A stretch of DNA of 63,133 nt, counting the filler, from Methanobacteriota archaeon (GTDB lineage Archaea; JACRDV01), in assembly GCA_024860865.1 (NCBI GenBank). It is 6 parts of 6 records of this genome, joined end to end, with 100 filler letters (N's around TTAATTAATTAA, not from the genome) between each part and the next. Parts side by side here need not be neighbours in the genome. Positions count along the whole stretch, not along the records: positions 18,946 to 27,750 come from JACRDV010000091.1; positions 27,851 to 34,239 come from JACRDV010000089.1; 4 more parts are not named here. One strand, 5' to 3'. Below, piece after piece: positions 18,946 to 30,013 of this stretch; the first letter of the stretch is position 1, and every line of letters begins with the position of its first letter. The position numbers and the translations under genes are program-made. The notes beneath the pieces were generated by a model. The model worked only from the letters and a program-made list of their open reading frames with translations. It was not told the origin of the DNA and did no database searches.

Positions 18946-21641
18946 AGGAAATAGCCTCTATCTAAAACAAGTATGTCTGGAAGGTCAAACAAATCTTGCG
19001 TATAAGGATCAACTATGCTTGCAATTCTTGCTGTTATAACATCTAATCGATAAAATAACTCGCCAGGCGGAGTTTCATTGCTTATATAGAATTGAGTTAT
19101 ATTTTGAATAACTCTCTGATAACTTTGCACGTACTTGTTATACAGTCTAATGTGTGTTTTATTTTTCTTTAATACAAGTGCTTCAAGCTCTCTTGTGAGC
19201 TTGGGATTTGGCTCATCGTACCAAGTAAAAGCAATTGGTACTGCTGTTGTTATTTCTTCTAACCATGACCAAACCTTTTCGACTTTAGTTGAATAAACAG
19301 CCGTAGTTTTCTTAGTCATAGTAACATAATCCAACTCTGGATTTGCAAGAGCTGAGGATTCAATCAGCCCAGCTAAAACAATTGGAACCTCTACTTTAGG
19401 AAGAATTTCCGAAATTGTTAAGCTATCACTTTGAGCATTATAGGAAGCATTTTCATCAATCAAGCTAACATTTACCATCTCATCAGGAACTGAATCAAAA
19501 GCAGTTAAATTTGTTAAGTTAAAATCAGCTGAGTTTTTGAAAGTAACGTTTAACAATAGTGAATTATCAATGCCAAATAAGATCCTGCTCGAATTGTAAG
19601 TTTGAGCAGTTTGATTTGAAATCCAGCCTTTTGCTAGGCATTCATTTAAGTACGTTTTAACCGTTTTTGAGCTCCAACTTTCTTTCAATTCTAGTGCCGG
19701 TAGGTTTAAAATTGAATAAAGTGCAACTTTATTCCAGCCAGGGTTAAGTTGGTTGATATAAATTGACCCAGTTAAATTTGTAACTGAGTAATTTGCAAAA
19801 TAAATAGTAAAATTGCTTATAGAATAGCTTTCTTTATTCCAAATCCAAATTTCTCCAAAAGCTGAAACTTCAACTACTTCGCCAGATTGGTTGTATTTTG
19901 CAACTGCCTTTTCGATGACTTTTATCTCAATGCCTGCAGTGGTTGGTATTTCTTGAGCAGAAGCAAAGCCAATCTTTGGGAGCTCAAAAAACCTATGGAT
20001 TGGAATTGTAGCTTCTAGCTGAGTTAATTTATTCTCAACATAGTTTATTGCTTTAGTCAAAATAGAAATAGATAGGTTATCATAAAATTTAAGTTGGTCT
20101 GCAACATCATTTGATAACTTTTGTTTTATCACTCTTTTATCCAGATAATCATTAAGCTTAGTTGACTCACGAACAGACCATTTAAGTTCAACATCAGCTT
20201 TTCGATAGTACTCTTTCAGTTCTTCTTTAGCTTCGCTTTCTTTATTTGGATTTGCTAAAACCTCCGCACCTAAAGCATTTGTATAGCTCCATTCATACTT
20301 TTCTAGAGCAAAATATTTCTTTGCAAGCTCTAATTGTAAGATTGCTTGGGCTGTGCTATTTTTTGAAATAGCATATTCTGTTTCATTAATTTGTTTTTGA
20401 GCCTTTGCTGTAAGATTATTCAAAAAGTCAGTCAGTTTTTGTTTATTTTTATATGTCCGATTGAAAATTTCTATTTTAATTGCAGTATCAATTGCTGTTT
20501 GATTTAAATAAGCTAACGAGAGATCATGGATTTTAATTCCTGATTTGGCATAATCCGCTAAATCTTTTAAAACTGTAGATTGAACAAGCACATTGAGTTT
20601 TAAATTTTCAGAAGTAAAGTAAGTTTTGTTCTGAATTAAAATTAGATAGAAATCATTTCCAACTATATCTTTTATTTTCAAGCCAGATATTGTAACATTG
20701 CTATTATACGATATTGAAGAATTTAAGAAAAAGTTTGAGTTGGTATCTAATGGCCATTTCAAGCCAGATGGTTTAATTTTTAGCCTAAAGCTAAGCTCAG
20801 CTTTGGAGTTAGGAGCAATTGTTCCATTCCAAGTTAATGTCTTAACAACTGAATCATAAACGAAGTTTTCTGGCTCAACTGAAATAAGCTGAGTTCCACC
20901 GACTGTGAAGTTCTGATAATCAAATAGCATGTTTGGTATTGGGATTATTATTTTTACATTATTTAATTGGATTGGCGAAGTGTTGTTAAGGCAAATTTTG
21001 AACTCTAGAGTATTGTTTATATCAAACAGAATTTCTTTAGAATTAAGCTCAATATTTTTCCAATCGAATGAAATCAATACAGTTGGATCTTTTTTAATTG
21101 AATAACTTGCAATTAAATTTTGAACTGGAGCAATTTGATCAATTTTTATTGGTTTATTCATTAAATCAGTTGCATTTAAATTCTCAAGCTGAGTTGTAAT
21201 TCCATATTTAGCTGTGAAATTTTCTTTATTAACTAAATACAAATTTCCAATTGCTGATGTTTGAGTTAAAGTTGTAACTACAGTTTGATTAAAAGTATCA
21301 GCGATGAAAATTCCAGTTACATTTTCAAAAATTTTTGCTTCAACTTTTATTGGCTTTGTCAGAATTATATTATCTAAAGAAGAATCAATTAACTCAATTG
21401 AATTATTTGTTTTATAATCAACTTTCTCAACCAAAACTAAAACTGGAGCAGTTATGTTTGCAACCCTTAATCCGGAAATCAACTTAGTTTGATTAACTTG
21501 CGGAACTTGAGAAACAAAAAATTGAGCTTCAGCAGAAATAGAAACAAGCTCAGCATTTGGAATAGCAGCTCCCAAAAACAGGCAAATTACCAATAAAACA
21601 GCAGCACTGAGCAATTTATTTCTGTCCAAATAATCAACCAA
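18946..21641 (-). CDS. Large secreted/surface glycoprotein, 3'-truncated
   Basis: Signal peptide, many N-x-S/T sequons, DUF11-like segment (TLTWNGTIAPNSKAELSF). Confidence 0.7.
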
Positions 21642-21778
21642 CTGGCTAAAAATTAAACATTATTTAATAAATAAGCCTTTCTATGAACATTTCAATGTAC
21701 AATTCTGCCAATTTGCGCAGTCTACACCAGTTTTATATACCATTAGCAACTTGTAGAATGTACTAATAAAGTTAATAA

Positions 21779-21804
21779 TGTATATCAATGTACACTGGTG
21801 TAAT
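21779..21804 (+). promoter_or_regulatory. Putative TrpY operator (TRP boxes)
   Basis: TGTATA-N4-TGTACA-N4-TGTAAT directly before the trpD ATG; further TGTACA at 21696 and TGTACT at 21759. Confidence 0.6.
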
Positions 21805-21806
21805 AT

Positions 21807-22871
21807 ATGGACTTCCCAAAGGAGACTATTCCAAAACTCGTCAACGGAGAAAATCTTTCCTTTGAAGAAGCCTACCAACTCATGCAAGCGATAATGAGTG
21901 GAGGAGCAACCGATGCTCAAATCGGGGCTACATTAGTAGCTCTGAGAATCAAAACAGAAACCCCAGAAGAAATCGCTGGCTTTGCAAAAGCAATGAGAGA
22001 AGCTTGCAATCAAATTCATCCTAAAGTCAATGGCACATTAGTTGATACATGTGGAACTGGCGGAGACAAACACAAAACAATAAATGTAAGCACGGCAGCG
22101 GCACTTGTAATCTCGGCAACTGGGATTCCAGTCGCGAAGCACGGAAACCGAGCAGTGACTAGCAAATGTGGCAGTGCGGATATTCTCGAGACCCTTGGAT
22201 TTAACATTAGCCTTGAACCAGCTGCTGTAGAAAAAATGATTGAAAGGAATAATTTTGGTTTTATGTTTGCTCCAAATTTTCACCCTGCAATGAAAAGAGT
22301 TGTTGGGCCTAGAAAAGAAATTGGGATCAGAACTGTTTTCAATATCCTTGGACCTTTAACAAATCCTGCAAACGCTCCTGCCCAGCTCATGGGAGTTTTC
22401 GACGCTAGCTTAACTGAAAAAGTTAGTCAAGTCATGAGAATTCTTGGCACAAAAAGAGCGATGGTAGTTCATGGCCTCGATGGATTGGATGAAATTTCAA
22501 CAATTGGAGAGACTATAGTAACCGAACTATACGATGGGAAAATCGATACATATCAGATCAAGCCTGAAGATTTTGGAATTGAAAGAGTTAAACCTGAACA
22601 GATTGCTGCGCTGGAAACTCCAGACCTGAATGCCGCTCTTTTATTAAAAATATTCAATAATAAAATCAAAGGTCCGAAACTTGATATTGTTTTATTAAAT
22701 GCTGCAGGTGCATTAGTTGTTGGCGGAGCAAGGGACTTAAAAGAAGGCATCGAGATCGCAAAAAATGCAATTGAAAGCGGCTCAGTTTATCAAAAATTGT
22801 TAGAAGTCATCCAAGCTTCAAAGGGAAATCTCGATAAAATTCGAACATTGGAGAGGTTACCGTGTGGTTAA
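21807..22871 (+). CDS. trpD: Anthranilate phosphoribosyltransferase
   Basis: DTCGTGGD, NVST, KHGNRAVTSKCGSAD, GLDE motifs. Confidence 0.97.
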   Translation: MDFPKETIPKLVNGENLSFEEAYQLMQAIMSGGATDAQIGATLVALRIKTETPEEIAGFAKAMREACNQIHPKVNGTLVDTCGTGGDKHKTINVSTAAALVISATGIPVAKHGNRAVTSKCGSADILETLGFNISLEPAAVEKMIERNNFGFMFAPNFHPAMKRVVGPRKEIGIRTVFNILGPLTNPANAPAQLMGVFDASLTEKVSQVMRILGTKRAMVVHGLDGLDEISTIGETIVTELYDGKIDTYQIKPEDFGIERVKPEQIAALETPDLNAALLLKIFNNKIKGPKLDIVLLNAAGALVVGGARDLKEGIEIAKNAIESGSVYQKLLEVIQASKGNLDKIRTLERLPCG

Positions 22872-23523
22872 AGTTAAGATTTGTGGAGTTACAACGAGCG
22901 CTGATGCAAAAAGTGCTATTGATGCTGGAGCAGATTACATCGGAATGATAGTAGAAGTTCCAGTTCAATCTCCAAGAAAGATTTCTCTTCAAAAAGCAAA
23001 GTTAATTGCTTCTCAAATTAATTTTAACATCATTGCAGTAATAATGCCAAAAACTCCAGATGATGCAATAAAAATTGCAAATGAACTCAATCCATTTGCA
23101 CTTCAACTTCATGGGAAAGAAACTTTGAGAAATGTCAAGATATTGCGCAACTCTCTTCCTAATACTATGTTGATAAAAACACTACCAGTTTCAAACTCAG
23201 TTTCATCTTCTGATTTGATCAAAACTGCAGCGCGCTATATTGATTCAGGAGTTGATGCTATTCTATTGGACACATATGTTGGAAACAAACCCGGAGGTAC
23301 TGGACAAACTCACAACTGGGAAATTTCAAGAGAGGTTAGACGAGCACTTTCCATCCCTGTTATCCTGGCAGGTGGATTAACTCCTGAAAATGTGGCTAAG
23401 GCCGTTAAAATTGTAAAACCTTTCGCAGTAGATGTTGCTTCTGGAGTTGAAAGATTTCCTGGTCAGAAAGATCCCAATAAAATGAAGTATTTTGTTAAAG
23501 CAGCAAAAGGAGCAAAAAAATGA
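22864..23523 (+). CDS. trpF: Phosphoribosylanthranilate isomerase
   Basis: VKICG, QLHG, GGTG, LAGGL, DVASGVE. Confidence 0.96.
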   Translation: MVKVKICGVTTSADAKSAIDAGADYIGMIVEVPVQSPRKISLQKAKLIASQINFNIIAVIMPKTPDDAIKIANELNPFALQLHGKETLRNVKILRNSLPNTMLIKTLPVSNSVSSSDLIKTAARYIDSGVDAILLDTYVGNKPGGTGQTHNWEISREVRRALSIPVILAGGLTPENVAKAVKIVKPFAVDVASGVERFPGQKDPNKMKYFVKAAKGAKK

Positions 23524-25121
23524 AGGATTTTAATTTTCAAATAGAAAAAGCAAAAGAAAAAATGGACAAGTCAGAGATTGCAATTGTGCCATTGCGGGTA
23601 GAATTACCTGTTAATGCTCAGCCTTTTCAAATCTATGCAGCTCTGAAGGAAATCACAAATTCAAAATTTTCATTTCTCTTGGAATCAATTGAAGGTGAAG
23701 AGAGAGTTGCTCGTTATTCTTTCATTGGAGCAGCCCCAGAGCTCTTAATTCAAGTTCAAAATGGAGACGTTATAATAAAAAATTTAGGAGGACTCCAAGG
23801 TAATCTTTTATTTGAAATTGCTCGCCGAAATTTAGTAAATTCTTGTTGCTGCATGAGTGGTAACGGGCCATATGCTGCTGGAAAACTTGAGGAAAACAAG
23901 GACCCGATTGATGCAATAAGTTCTATTTTCATAAATGAATTTGTAAAGTATATTCCACTTTATGAGCACCCGAGGCAACTGTTTTTTGGCGGAGCGTTAG
24001 GCTACTTCTCATATGACATAGTTGATTACTGGTTAAAATTATTGCACAGCAAAAGCTTCGGAATGCCAGAAGCGGAATTCATTCTCTCTACTAGAAGTTT
24101 AGTTTATGATCATAAAGAAAAGAAAGTATATGCCTACATAAATGCCTTTGTCACAAATGAGGCTTCTTCTGGATTAGCGAATGATTGCCAAATATACTTA
24201 AGCCAATTTATTAAAGCAGTTAACTCTGCTGAAACTTCACAGAAACAACATTCAATTGAATTACGAGACCTGCCTGTTTCAGATTATCAACTCGATATGA
24301 CAAAACCAGAATTTGAAGAAGCTGTGCAAAAGGCAAAGGATTACATTTTTGCTGGAGATATTTTTCAAGTGGTTTTAGCCAGACAAGCAAGAACTTCGCT
24401 CAACAGCATCACTCCTTTTGATATCTATATGATTTTGCGCCAAATGAACCCAAGCCCGTACATGTATTTGCTCGAGTTTAAAGAACATTCAATCGTTGGA
24501 GCCAGCCCTGAAACACTAGTGACTGTGTGCAACAGAAAAGTTATAACAAATCCAATTGCTGGAACACGACCGAGAGGTAAAACTCCTGAAGAAGACCGAA
24601 AGCTTGAAAAAGAGATGTTGAATGATGAAAAAGAAAAAGCTGAACACGTAATGCTCGTTGATTTGGCGAGAAATGACGTGGGAATTGTTTCAAAACCGGG
24701 CACAGTAAAAGTTACAGAGTATATGGTGCCTTCAAAGTATTCCCATGTTCAGCATATTGTTTCGACTGTTGTTGGGGAACTTAAGTATGATAAAACGACA
24801 TTCGATGCTATAAGAGCAATTTTCCCAGCCGGCACTGTAAGCGGAGCTCCTAAAATTAGAGCAATGGAAATTATCGATGAGCTCGAAAGCGGAAAACGTG
24901 GGCCATATGCTGGCGGTGTTGGTTATTTTGCTTTCGATTTAAATGCTGACTTTGCAATTACTATTAGGTCAGTTGTTATCAACAAAGATACTGCTTTTGT
25001 TCAAGCTGGAGCCGGGATAGTTGCTGATTCTAAACCTGAGCGAGAATTTTTTGAAACCCAAAATAAAATGCTCGCAATCCTTAAAACAATCGAAGTTGCA
25101 AAAGCGAGAGTGAAAGATTGA
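23520..25121 (+). CDS. trpE: Anthranilate synthase component I
   Basis: LLES, NPSPYM, AEHVMLVDLARND, PAGTVSGAPK. Confidence 0.96.
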   Translation: MKDFNFQIEKAKEKMDKSEIAIVPLRVELPVNAQPFQIYAALKEITNSKFSFLLESIEGEERVARYSFIGAAPELLIQVQNGDVIIKNLGGLQGNLLFEIARRNLVNSCCCMSGNGPYAAGKLEENKDPIDAISSIFINEFVKYIPLYEHPRQLFFGGALGYFSYDIVDYWLKLLHSKSFGMPEAEFILSTRSLVYDHKEKKVYAYINAFVTNEASSGLANDCQIYLSQFIKAVNSAETSQKQHSIELRDLPVSDYQLDMTKPEFEEAVQKAKDYIFAGDIFQVVLARQARTSLNSITPFDIYMILRQMNPSPYMYLLEFKEHSIVGASPETLVTVCNRKVITNPIAGTRPRGKTPEEDRKLEKEMLNDEKEKAEHVMLVDLARNDVGIVSKPGTVKVTEYMVPSKYSHVQHIVSTVVGELKYDKTTFDAIRAIFPAGTVSGAPKIRAMEIIDELESGKRGPYAGGVGYFAFDLNADFAITIRSVVINKDTAFVQAGAGIVADSKPEREFFETQNKMLAILKTIEVAKARVKD

Positions 25122-25687
25122 GAATCCTTTTTTTAAATAACCGCGATTCTTTTGTTTTTAATATAGTTGACTACATCTCAGTGATGGAATCCAATACAAT
25201 TGTAGTTGATAATACAATCTCACTTGAAGAAGTTCATAAAATAAATCCTACACACATAGTTATTAGCCCCGGACCCGGACACCCTAAAAAGGATACTGGA
25301 ACGTGCATTCCAATTATCAAAGAGTTTGGTCCAGAGATCCCTATCCTTGGAGTTTGTCTTGGGCACCAAGCAATTGTTGAAGCTTTTGGCGGCAAAGTTA
25401 TTCGAGGTTACTACCCGATCCACGGAAAGGCCTCAGCAGTACACCACGATGGAAAAGGCATTTTCAGAAATATACCAAACCCATTTTTAATGGGGCGGTA
25501 TCATTCGCTAGTGGCTGATCCTACGTTGCCTAATTGTCTAGAAATTTCCGCTAAATTCGATGATGGAGTAATTGCAGGAATTCGGCATAAAAAATATCCA
25601 ATTGAAGGGGCTCAAGGGCACCCAGAAAGTTATTTAACTGATCCAACCATTGGTAAACAAATCCTCAGGAACTTTCTATTGCTTTAA
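25118..25687 (+). CDS. trpG: Anthranilate synthase component II (glutamine amidotransferase)
   Basis: ISPGPG, GVCLGHQ, RYHSL, HPES. Confidence 0.95.
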   Translation: MRILFLNNRDSFVFNIVDYISVMESNTIVVDNTISLEEVHKINPTHIVISPGPGHPKKDTGTCIPIIKEFGPEIPILGVCLGHQAIVEAFGGKVIRGYYPIHGKASAVHHDGKGIFRNIPNPFLMGRYHSLVADPTLPNCLEISAKFDDGVIAGIRHKKYPIEGAQGHPESYLTDPTIGKQILRNFLLL

Positions 25688-25729
25688 CAGTTTATTTATA
25701 TCCTTTATTCAAAAATATATAGTGTAACC

Positions 25730-26773
25730 ATGAGCAATACAAATGCTATCGAACATACTCTAAACGAGCTGAAGCTTAAACCAGATATAATTTATATTGG
25801 ATTATTTGGTTCACTCTCAAGAGAAGCTATTCGCACATCAGACATTGATGTTTTAGTAATAAAAAAGACAAAGCCTCCTAAGAATATCGAGTTTAAAGAA
25901 AACTTAGAAATCCATTATATGACTCCAAAAGAGCTATATGACTTGCCAGTAACCTTTCGTTTCTCTTTAGCTAAAGACTTAAGAGATATATATGGTCGAC
26001 ATTTGGCTGAGAAATTAAGAGTAGAAGCAGAAATTGGCAAAGTTATTGAAGAATTGGCTAAAGGCATACATAGTTACATGAGAATTACAAATGTTGCAGA
26101 GGGTGAACACAAGTATATAGCAGCTTTCGAAGCAAGCAAAAGGGCTGCTTGGCTCATTCTACTCCTCCATAGTGAGAGAGTCACAAATAGTCCACTGGAA
26201 ATTCGACGCACCCTAGAAATGCTGACAGAAAGAAAATATATCCCTGAAGAAATGTTCAGGACCGGTGCAAATAGCTTAGCCTTTCTTGCAAAGGACTATA
26301 TTGAGTTACACAATATGATGAACACAATAAGTCCTGAGAAGCTTGCACAGCATTATGAATATTCATTAAGACTTGCAAAGGAGGTGTTCAAGCTTTTGAC
26401 AAAGGACTTTAACTCGATCAGAAAAAGCTTTGGATTCTCAGCAAAGCTAGTTAAGGATGCTTCAAGCTCAGGTGATCCAGACTCCATTAGAGTTGCTTGC
26501 CAGGGCCTTTTTCTTGTTGTCTATGATATAGTTGGTCTTTATCTATCATCAAAATCTAGCCTGTATTCCCCTTACCATAAGGAAAGGAAGGAAGAATTGG
26601 TTAAGCTTGCTGAATTCGATTCTAACGCAATGAAGATATTAAGGGAATATGAAGATGCTTTAGATGAGTTACACATGCTATGTCATTACGAGGGGCGCGG
26701 TAATGTTCAGCTTTTAGAATCATGGGTAAATCGCGTTAGAGAATTTCTAGAATATAACGAAACAATTCTTTAA
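25730..26773 (+). CDS. Nucleotidyltransferase fused to helical (HEPN/PaREP1-like) domains
   Basis: LFGSLSR...SDIDVLVI at the N-terminus; helical C-terminal part ending LHMLCHYEG. Confidence 0.65.
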   Translation: MSNTNAIEHTLNELKLKPDIIYIGLFGSLSREAIRTSDIDVLVIKKTKPPKNIEFKENLEIHYMTPKELYDLPVTFRFSLAKDLRDIYGRHLAEKLRVEAEIGKVIEELAKGIHSYMRITNVAEGEHKYIAAFEASKRAAWLILLLHSERVTNSPLEIRRTLEMLTERKYIPEEMFRTGANSLAFLAKDYIELHNMMNTISPEKLAQHYEYSLRLAKEVFKLLTKDFNSIRKSFGFSAKLVKDASSSGDPDSIRVACQGLFLVVYDIVGLYLSSKSSLYSPYHKERKEELVKLAEFDSNAMKILREYEDALDELHMLCHYEGRGNVQLLESWVNRVREFLEYNETIL

Positions 26774-26888
26774 AAACTTGCAAATCCTGATAACAAAAAT
26801 TTGGCTCAATTGAACTAAAAGAGCTTTCTGATTTAAGTTGTGTTAACTTATTGTTGGTAAATATTTGTTTTCAAAACATTTTTAAAAC

Positions 26889-27562
26889 CTAAAGCAAATT
26901 TGCAAGTTTTTTGATGTCTTTGTTAGCTACATGGGTGTAAATTTGTGTCGTTTTCAAGTCTTTATGTCCTAACAACCGTTGGATATACCTAATGTCTGCA
27001 CCAGACTCCAACAAGTGAGTGGCAAAACTATGCCTTAATGTGTGAGGCGCCACATTCTTCTTAATTCCGACTTTCTTGGAAGCGGATTTTATAATTTGCT
27101 GGATTGTCCTTTTGTTATATTTTCTGTCTCTTTGAGAGACAAATATCGGCCCATTTTTGCTTATCCCGTACATTTTCAACATATCAATCAGTTTTTTGTG
27201 AAGGAACACCACTCTTTCTTTATCTCCTTTCGCAGTTTTTAGATGTATGATTTCCCTGTCAAAATCAATGTCTTGCCAATTGAGATTTCTTGCTTCATCT
27301 AAACGAAGTCCAGCATAATAGAGAAACATAATAACAAGTTTGTGCTTGAGATTGTTTGTTGCCTCGGTCATTTTATTCACTTCCTCCTTGCTCAGCACTA
27401 CAGGTAGCTTCAAGGTTTTTTAGCGAGAGGCAACTTTTCCTCGAATTCCCTCGGGTTTTATCAGATTTGAGGAAATTCTTAATCACGGAAATGTAAGCCT
27501 TGCCAGTCTGATAGGAATACTTCCTGAGCTTTACCTCTTCAATCAGCTTTCCTATGAGCTGG
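26889..27562 (-). pseudogene. Xer/integron-type tyrosine recombinase; catalytic domain intact, N-terminus disrupted
   Basis: [33 protein letters not shown]; upstream LRKYSYQTGKAY fragment separated by frameshift/deletion. Confidence 0.8.
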
Positions 27563-27640
27563 TATCGTTGTTGCGGCGAAAGGTTTTAATTTCTGCATGT
27601 CTGCATGTCAATATTTATTGTGAAACATGGATGATGAAAC

Positions 27641-27750
27641 ATGAATGCTGGGATAAAAATTGAGAAAGGACCAGATGGCAGGATCACAGTTAGACTCCCT
27701 TACAATCCTGCATATATTTCAAAAATGAAGAGCATCAACGGCTATCGCTG
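27641..27750 (+). CDS. N-terminus of a probable second tyrosine recombinase, truncated by contig end
   Basis: MNAGIKIEKGPDGRITVRLPYNPAYISKMKSINGYR resembles the PYNP..I.K.K.I.GYRW leader of some Xer-like integrases (from recall). Confidence 0.4.
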
Positions 27751-27850
27751 NNNNNNNNNNNNNNNNNNNNNNNNNNNNNNNNNNNNNNNNNNNNTTAATT
27801 AATTAANNNNNNNNNNNNNNNNNNNNNNNNNNNNNNNNNNNNNNNNNNNN
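27751..27850. other. Artificial contig linker
   Basis: N-run with TTAATTAATTAA. Confidence 0.99.
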
Positions 27851-27863
27851 GAGTCTATGACAA

Positions 27864-28136
27864 TCATAACTTCTTTTCCCAGATTTTTTTAATATCCATG
27901 GGTTTAATTTTTTTAGAAGGTTTTTTGATGCAACCTTTTAACTCAGTTAAAATTGCTTCGACATCCTTGGTAGGCTGTAGAACTATTTTCTCAGCCTCTC
28001 TTCTAACTATTAGTCTTTGACCTACCCTAAGATTAAGTTCTTTTCTTATATCTCGGGGCAATAAAATTCTGCCTTTTTCCTCTAGCCTAGTAAATTTTCC
28101 CACTTTAATTCCCACTTTTTTATTCTTCTCACACAT
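27864..28136 (-). CDS. AbrB/MazE/SpoVT-type antitoxin (VapB); cognate PIN gene starts at 27867 and is cut by the contig end
   Basis: KGRILLPRDIRKELNL; overlapping ATG gives MIVID at 27867-27851. Confidence 0.8.
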   Translation of the reverse strand: MCEKNKKVGIKVGKFTRLEEKGRILLPRDIRKELNLRVGQRLIVRREAEKIVLQPTKDVEAILTELKGCIKKPSKKIKPMDIKKIWEKKL

Positions 28137-28461
28137 GTTTAAACTTTCTTACTAATCAGAAAAATTTACTTAACGCATAACTTTTGTTTAATATCTAATA
28201 TCCTTTTTTATATGCTTCTTTTCTAAAAAGAGAAAACATGGATTGGTAAACTCTGCATAATGTGCTCCAAAGTCCTTTACTAGCTATCTCAAAGGGAGCT
28301 TACCTGCCCAAACTGCTTTGCAATTTGTTTCACTGCACGGTAGGAGCGGCAGCTTTATAAATGGAAATATTTTCAAAAGACTGTTCTTCTTCTATCAACA
28401 ATTTCAGAACTTAGATTGACATTTGGTTTTTCACGAATAATAAAATTGTTTTTCATCTCTT

Positions 28462-29421
28462 TTACAATTTAGATCCGCATTCAGAACAGAATTTAGCACC
28501 AGTGAGAATTGGTTGCCCACACTTAGGACATTTAGCTTCGGTAGTTGGTGGAGCTGCAGGTGCCGCCAAGGCCGCTCCACAGCTTGGACAGAACCGCGAT
28601 GTGGATGGAATTTGCGAATTGCATTTAGGGCATATGAGGAGCGTTTGGCCAGCAGGGGTTGTCATCACTTGGGGGATTAGTACCATACCAGCCCCTAAAG
28701 CGGCGCCAGGTGACTTGCCTAGTTCTTTTGCAGCCTCTTTGACTGTTTCCATTCGTAGAACCTCGGTTGTAGGTGCTCGAGCAGCTTGTAACCAGAATAA
28801 TCTTTCACGGTATTCTGGAGTTGTATCAATTCCCTCGAATTTTAGGTCGATCAATTCAATTCCAAGCCGTTTAGTTGCATCTTGAATGTTAACTTTAACT
28901 CTTGTTGACGTTTCATCAAGCTGAGTGAATACAGTTTTTAAATCATATTTTGAGAGCTCATCTATCATCCGCTCGTTAATAAATCCCCTCAAAAACTCAT
29001 TGACTTGCCCAGTGTTATAAGCACCTTGTCCGCCTACAACTTCATTAACGAATAAACCTGAGTCGCTTATTTTAAACCAAAAAGTCCCGTGAACTAATAA
29101 TGGTGCAAGTTCAGTTGTTTGGGCACGAGCACCGTATTTACCCGCAAACTGCTTGGTCGAAATAAAAACAACCATTGATCTAAATGGAACGCTTCCAAAT
29201 CCTGCTAGCTTAGATAAAATTTTACCAAGCAAAGGTAAATTAAGTGTAGTAATTGTGTGGCGTCCAGGCCCAAAGACATCGTAGGCTTTACCATCCCTAA
29301 AGAAAATTGCGCTCTCAAATTCTTTAACTATTAACTGGGCGCCCCACGTTATCTCTTCTACCGGGTATTTCCAAACAATATCTTCTGCTCCAGGATTTTC
29401 CCAAGAAATTACCTGTGGCAT
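28462..29421 (-). CDS. SPFH/band-7 protein with double zinc ribbon (YdjI-like)
   Basis: IVWKYP, QLIVKEFE, GPGRHT; C-terminal CxxC x4. Confidence 0.88.
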   Translation of the reverse strand: MPQVISWENPGAEDIVWKYPVEEITWGAQLIVKEFESAIFFRDGKAYDVFGPGRHTITTLNLPLLGKILSKLAGFGSVPFRSMVVFISTKQFAGKYGARAQTTELAPLLVHGTFWFKISDSGLFVNEVVGGQGAYNTGQVNEFLRGFINERMIDELSKYDLKTVFTQLDETSTRVKVNIQDATKRLGIELIDLKFEGIDTTPEYRERLFWLQAARAPTTEVLRMETVKEAAKELGKSPGAALGAGMVLIPQVMTTPAGQTLLICPKCNSQIPSTSRFCPSCGAALAAPAAPPTTEAKCPKCGQPILTGAKFCSECGSKL

Positions 29422-29952
29422 TTAACCACTTCCTAATATAGCATCTTTCCTTCTTTCAAAGGTTTCTTCAATTGTATCGAGTGCGCCTCGGCACTCCGCA
29501 AGTCGATTTTGGGCAGTTCCAAATTGCTTTGCAATAACTTCTCCTTTAAAGGTTGTGACAAGGTCTAAGATTTTTTTACTTTGGTCAATTAGTTGAGCAT
29601 CGAATGATATTAGATTATCAAGTTCTCTCTCTTCAATTTTTATCAAGTCAAAAAAGCCGGAGTATCCATACTCTGTATGGTTAATCTTTTCAGCAATTCG
29701 ATCAAATGCTGCAATCAAGCGGTCAGTTTCATCCCAAACTTCTTTAAGGCCTTTATTTACAAGTTCTCTATAAATTGTTTTGAGCGAATCTTCGGCATTT
29801 TTTAGGTCTCTATATAATTTATCTCGAATTAAGCGATCAGATTCGCGCCTAATCTCTCTTTCTTTATAACCTTTAAAGCCAGGAAGGACCAACATAATTC
29901 TCTCAAGAGCTTTCAATTGAGCTTGCGCTTTTTGTTGGATTTTCTCGTACAA
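29422..29952 (-). CDS. Conserved helical hypothetical protein
   Basis: PGFKGYKEREIRRESD and YGYSGFFD motifs; in operon with SPFH gene. Confidence 0.7.
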   Translation of the reverse strand: MYEKIQQKAQAQLKALERIMLVLPGFKGYKEREIRRESDRLIRDKLYRDLKNAEDSLKTIYRELVNKGLKEVWDETDRLIAAFDRIAEKINHTEYGYSGFFDLIKIEERELDNLISFDAQLIDQSKKILDLVTTFKGEVIAKQFGTAQNRLAECRGALDTIEETFERRKDAILGSG

Positions 29953-30013
29953 TTTGCTAACCTCTTTAAAATTTTGGAGAATTTCAGATATTTAAAATAT
30001 AGCTTAATATTTA

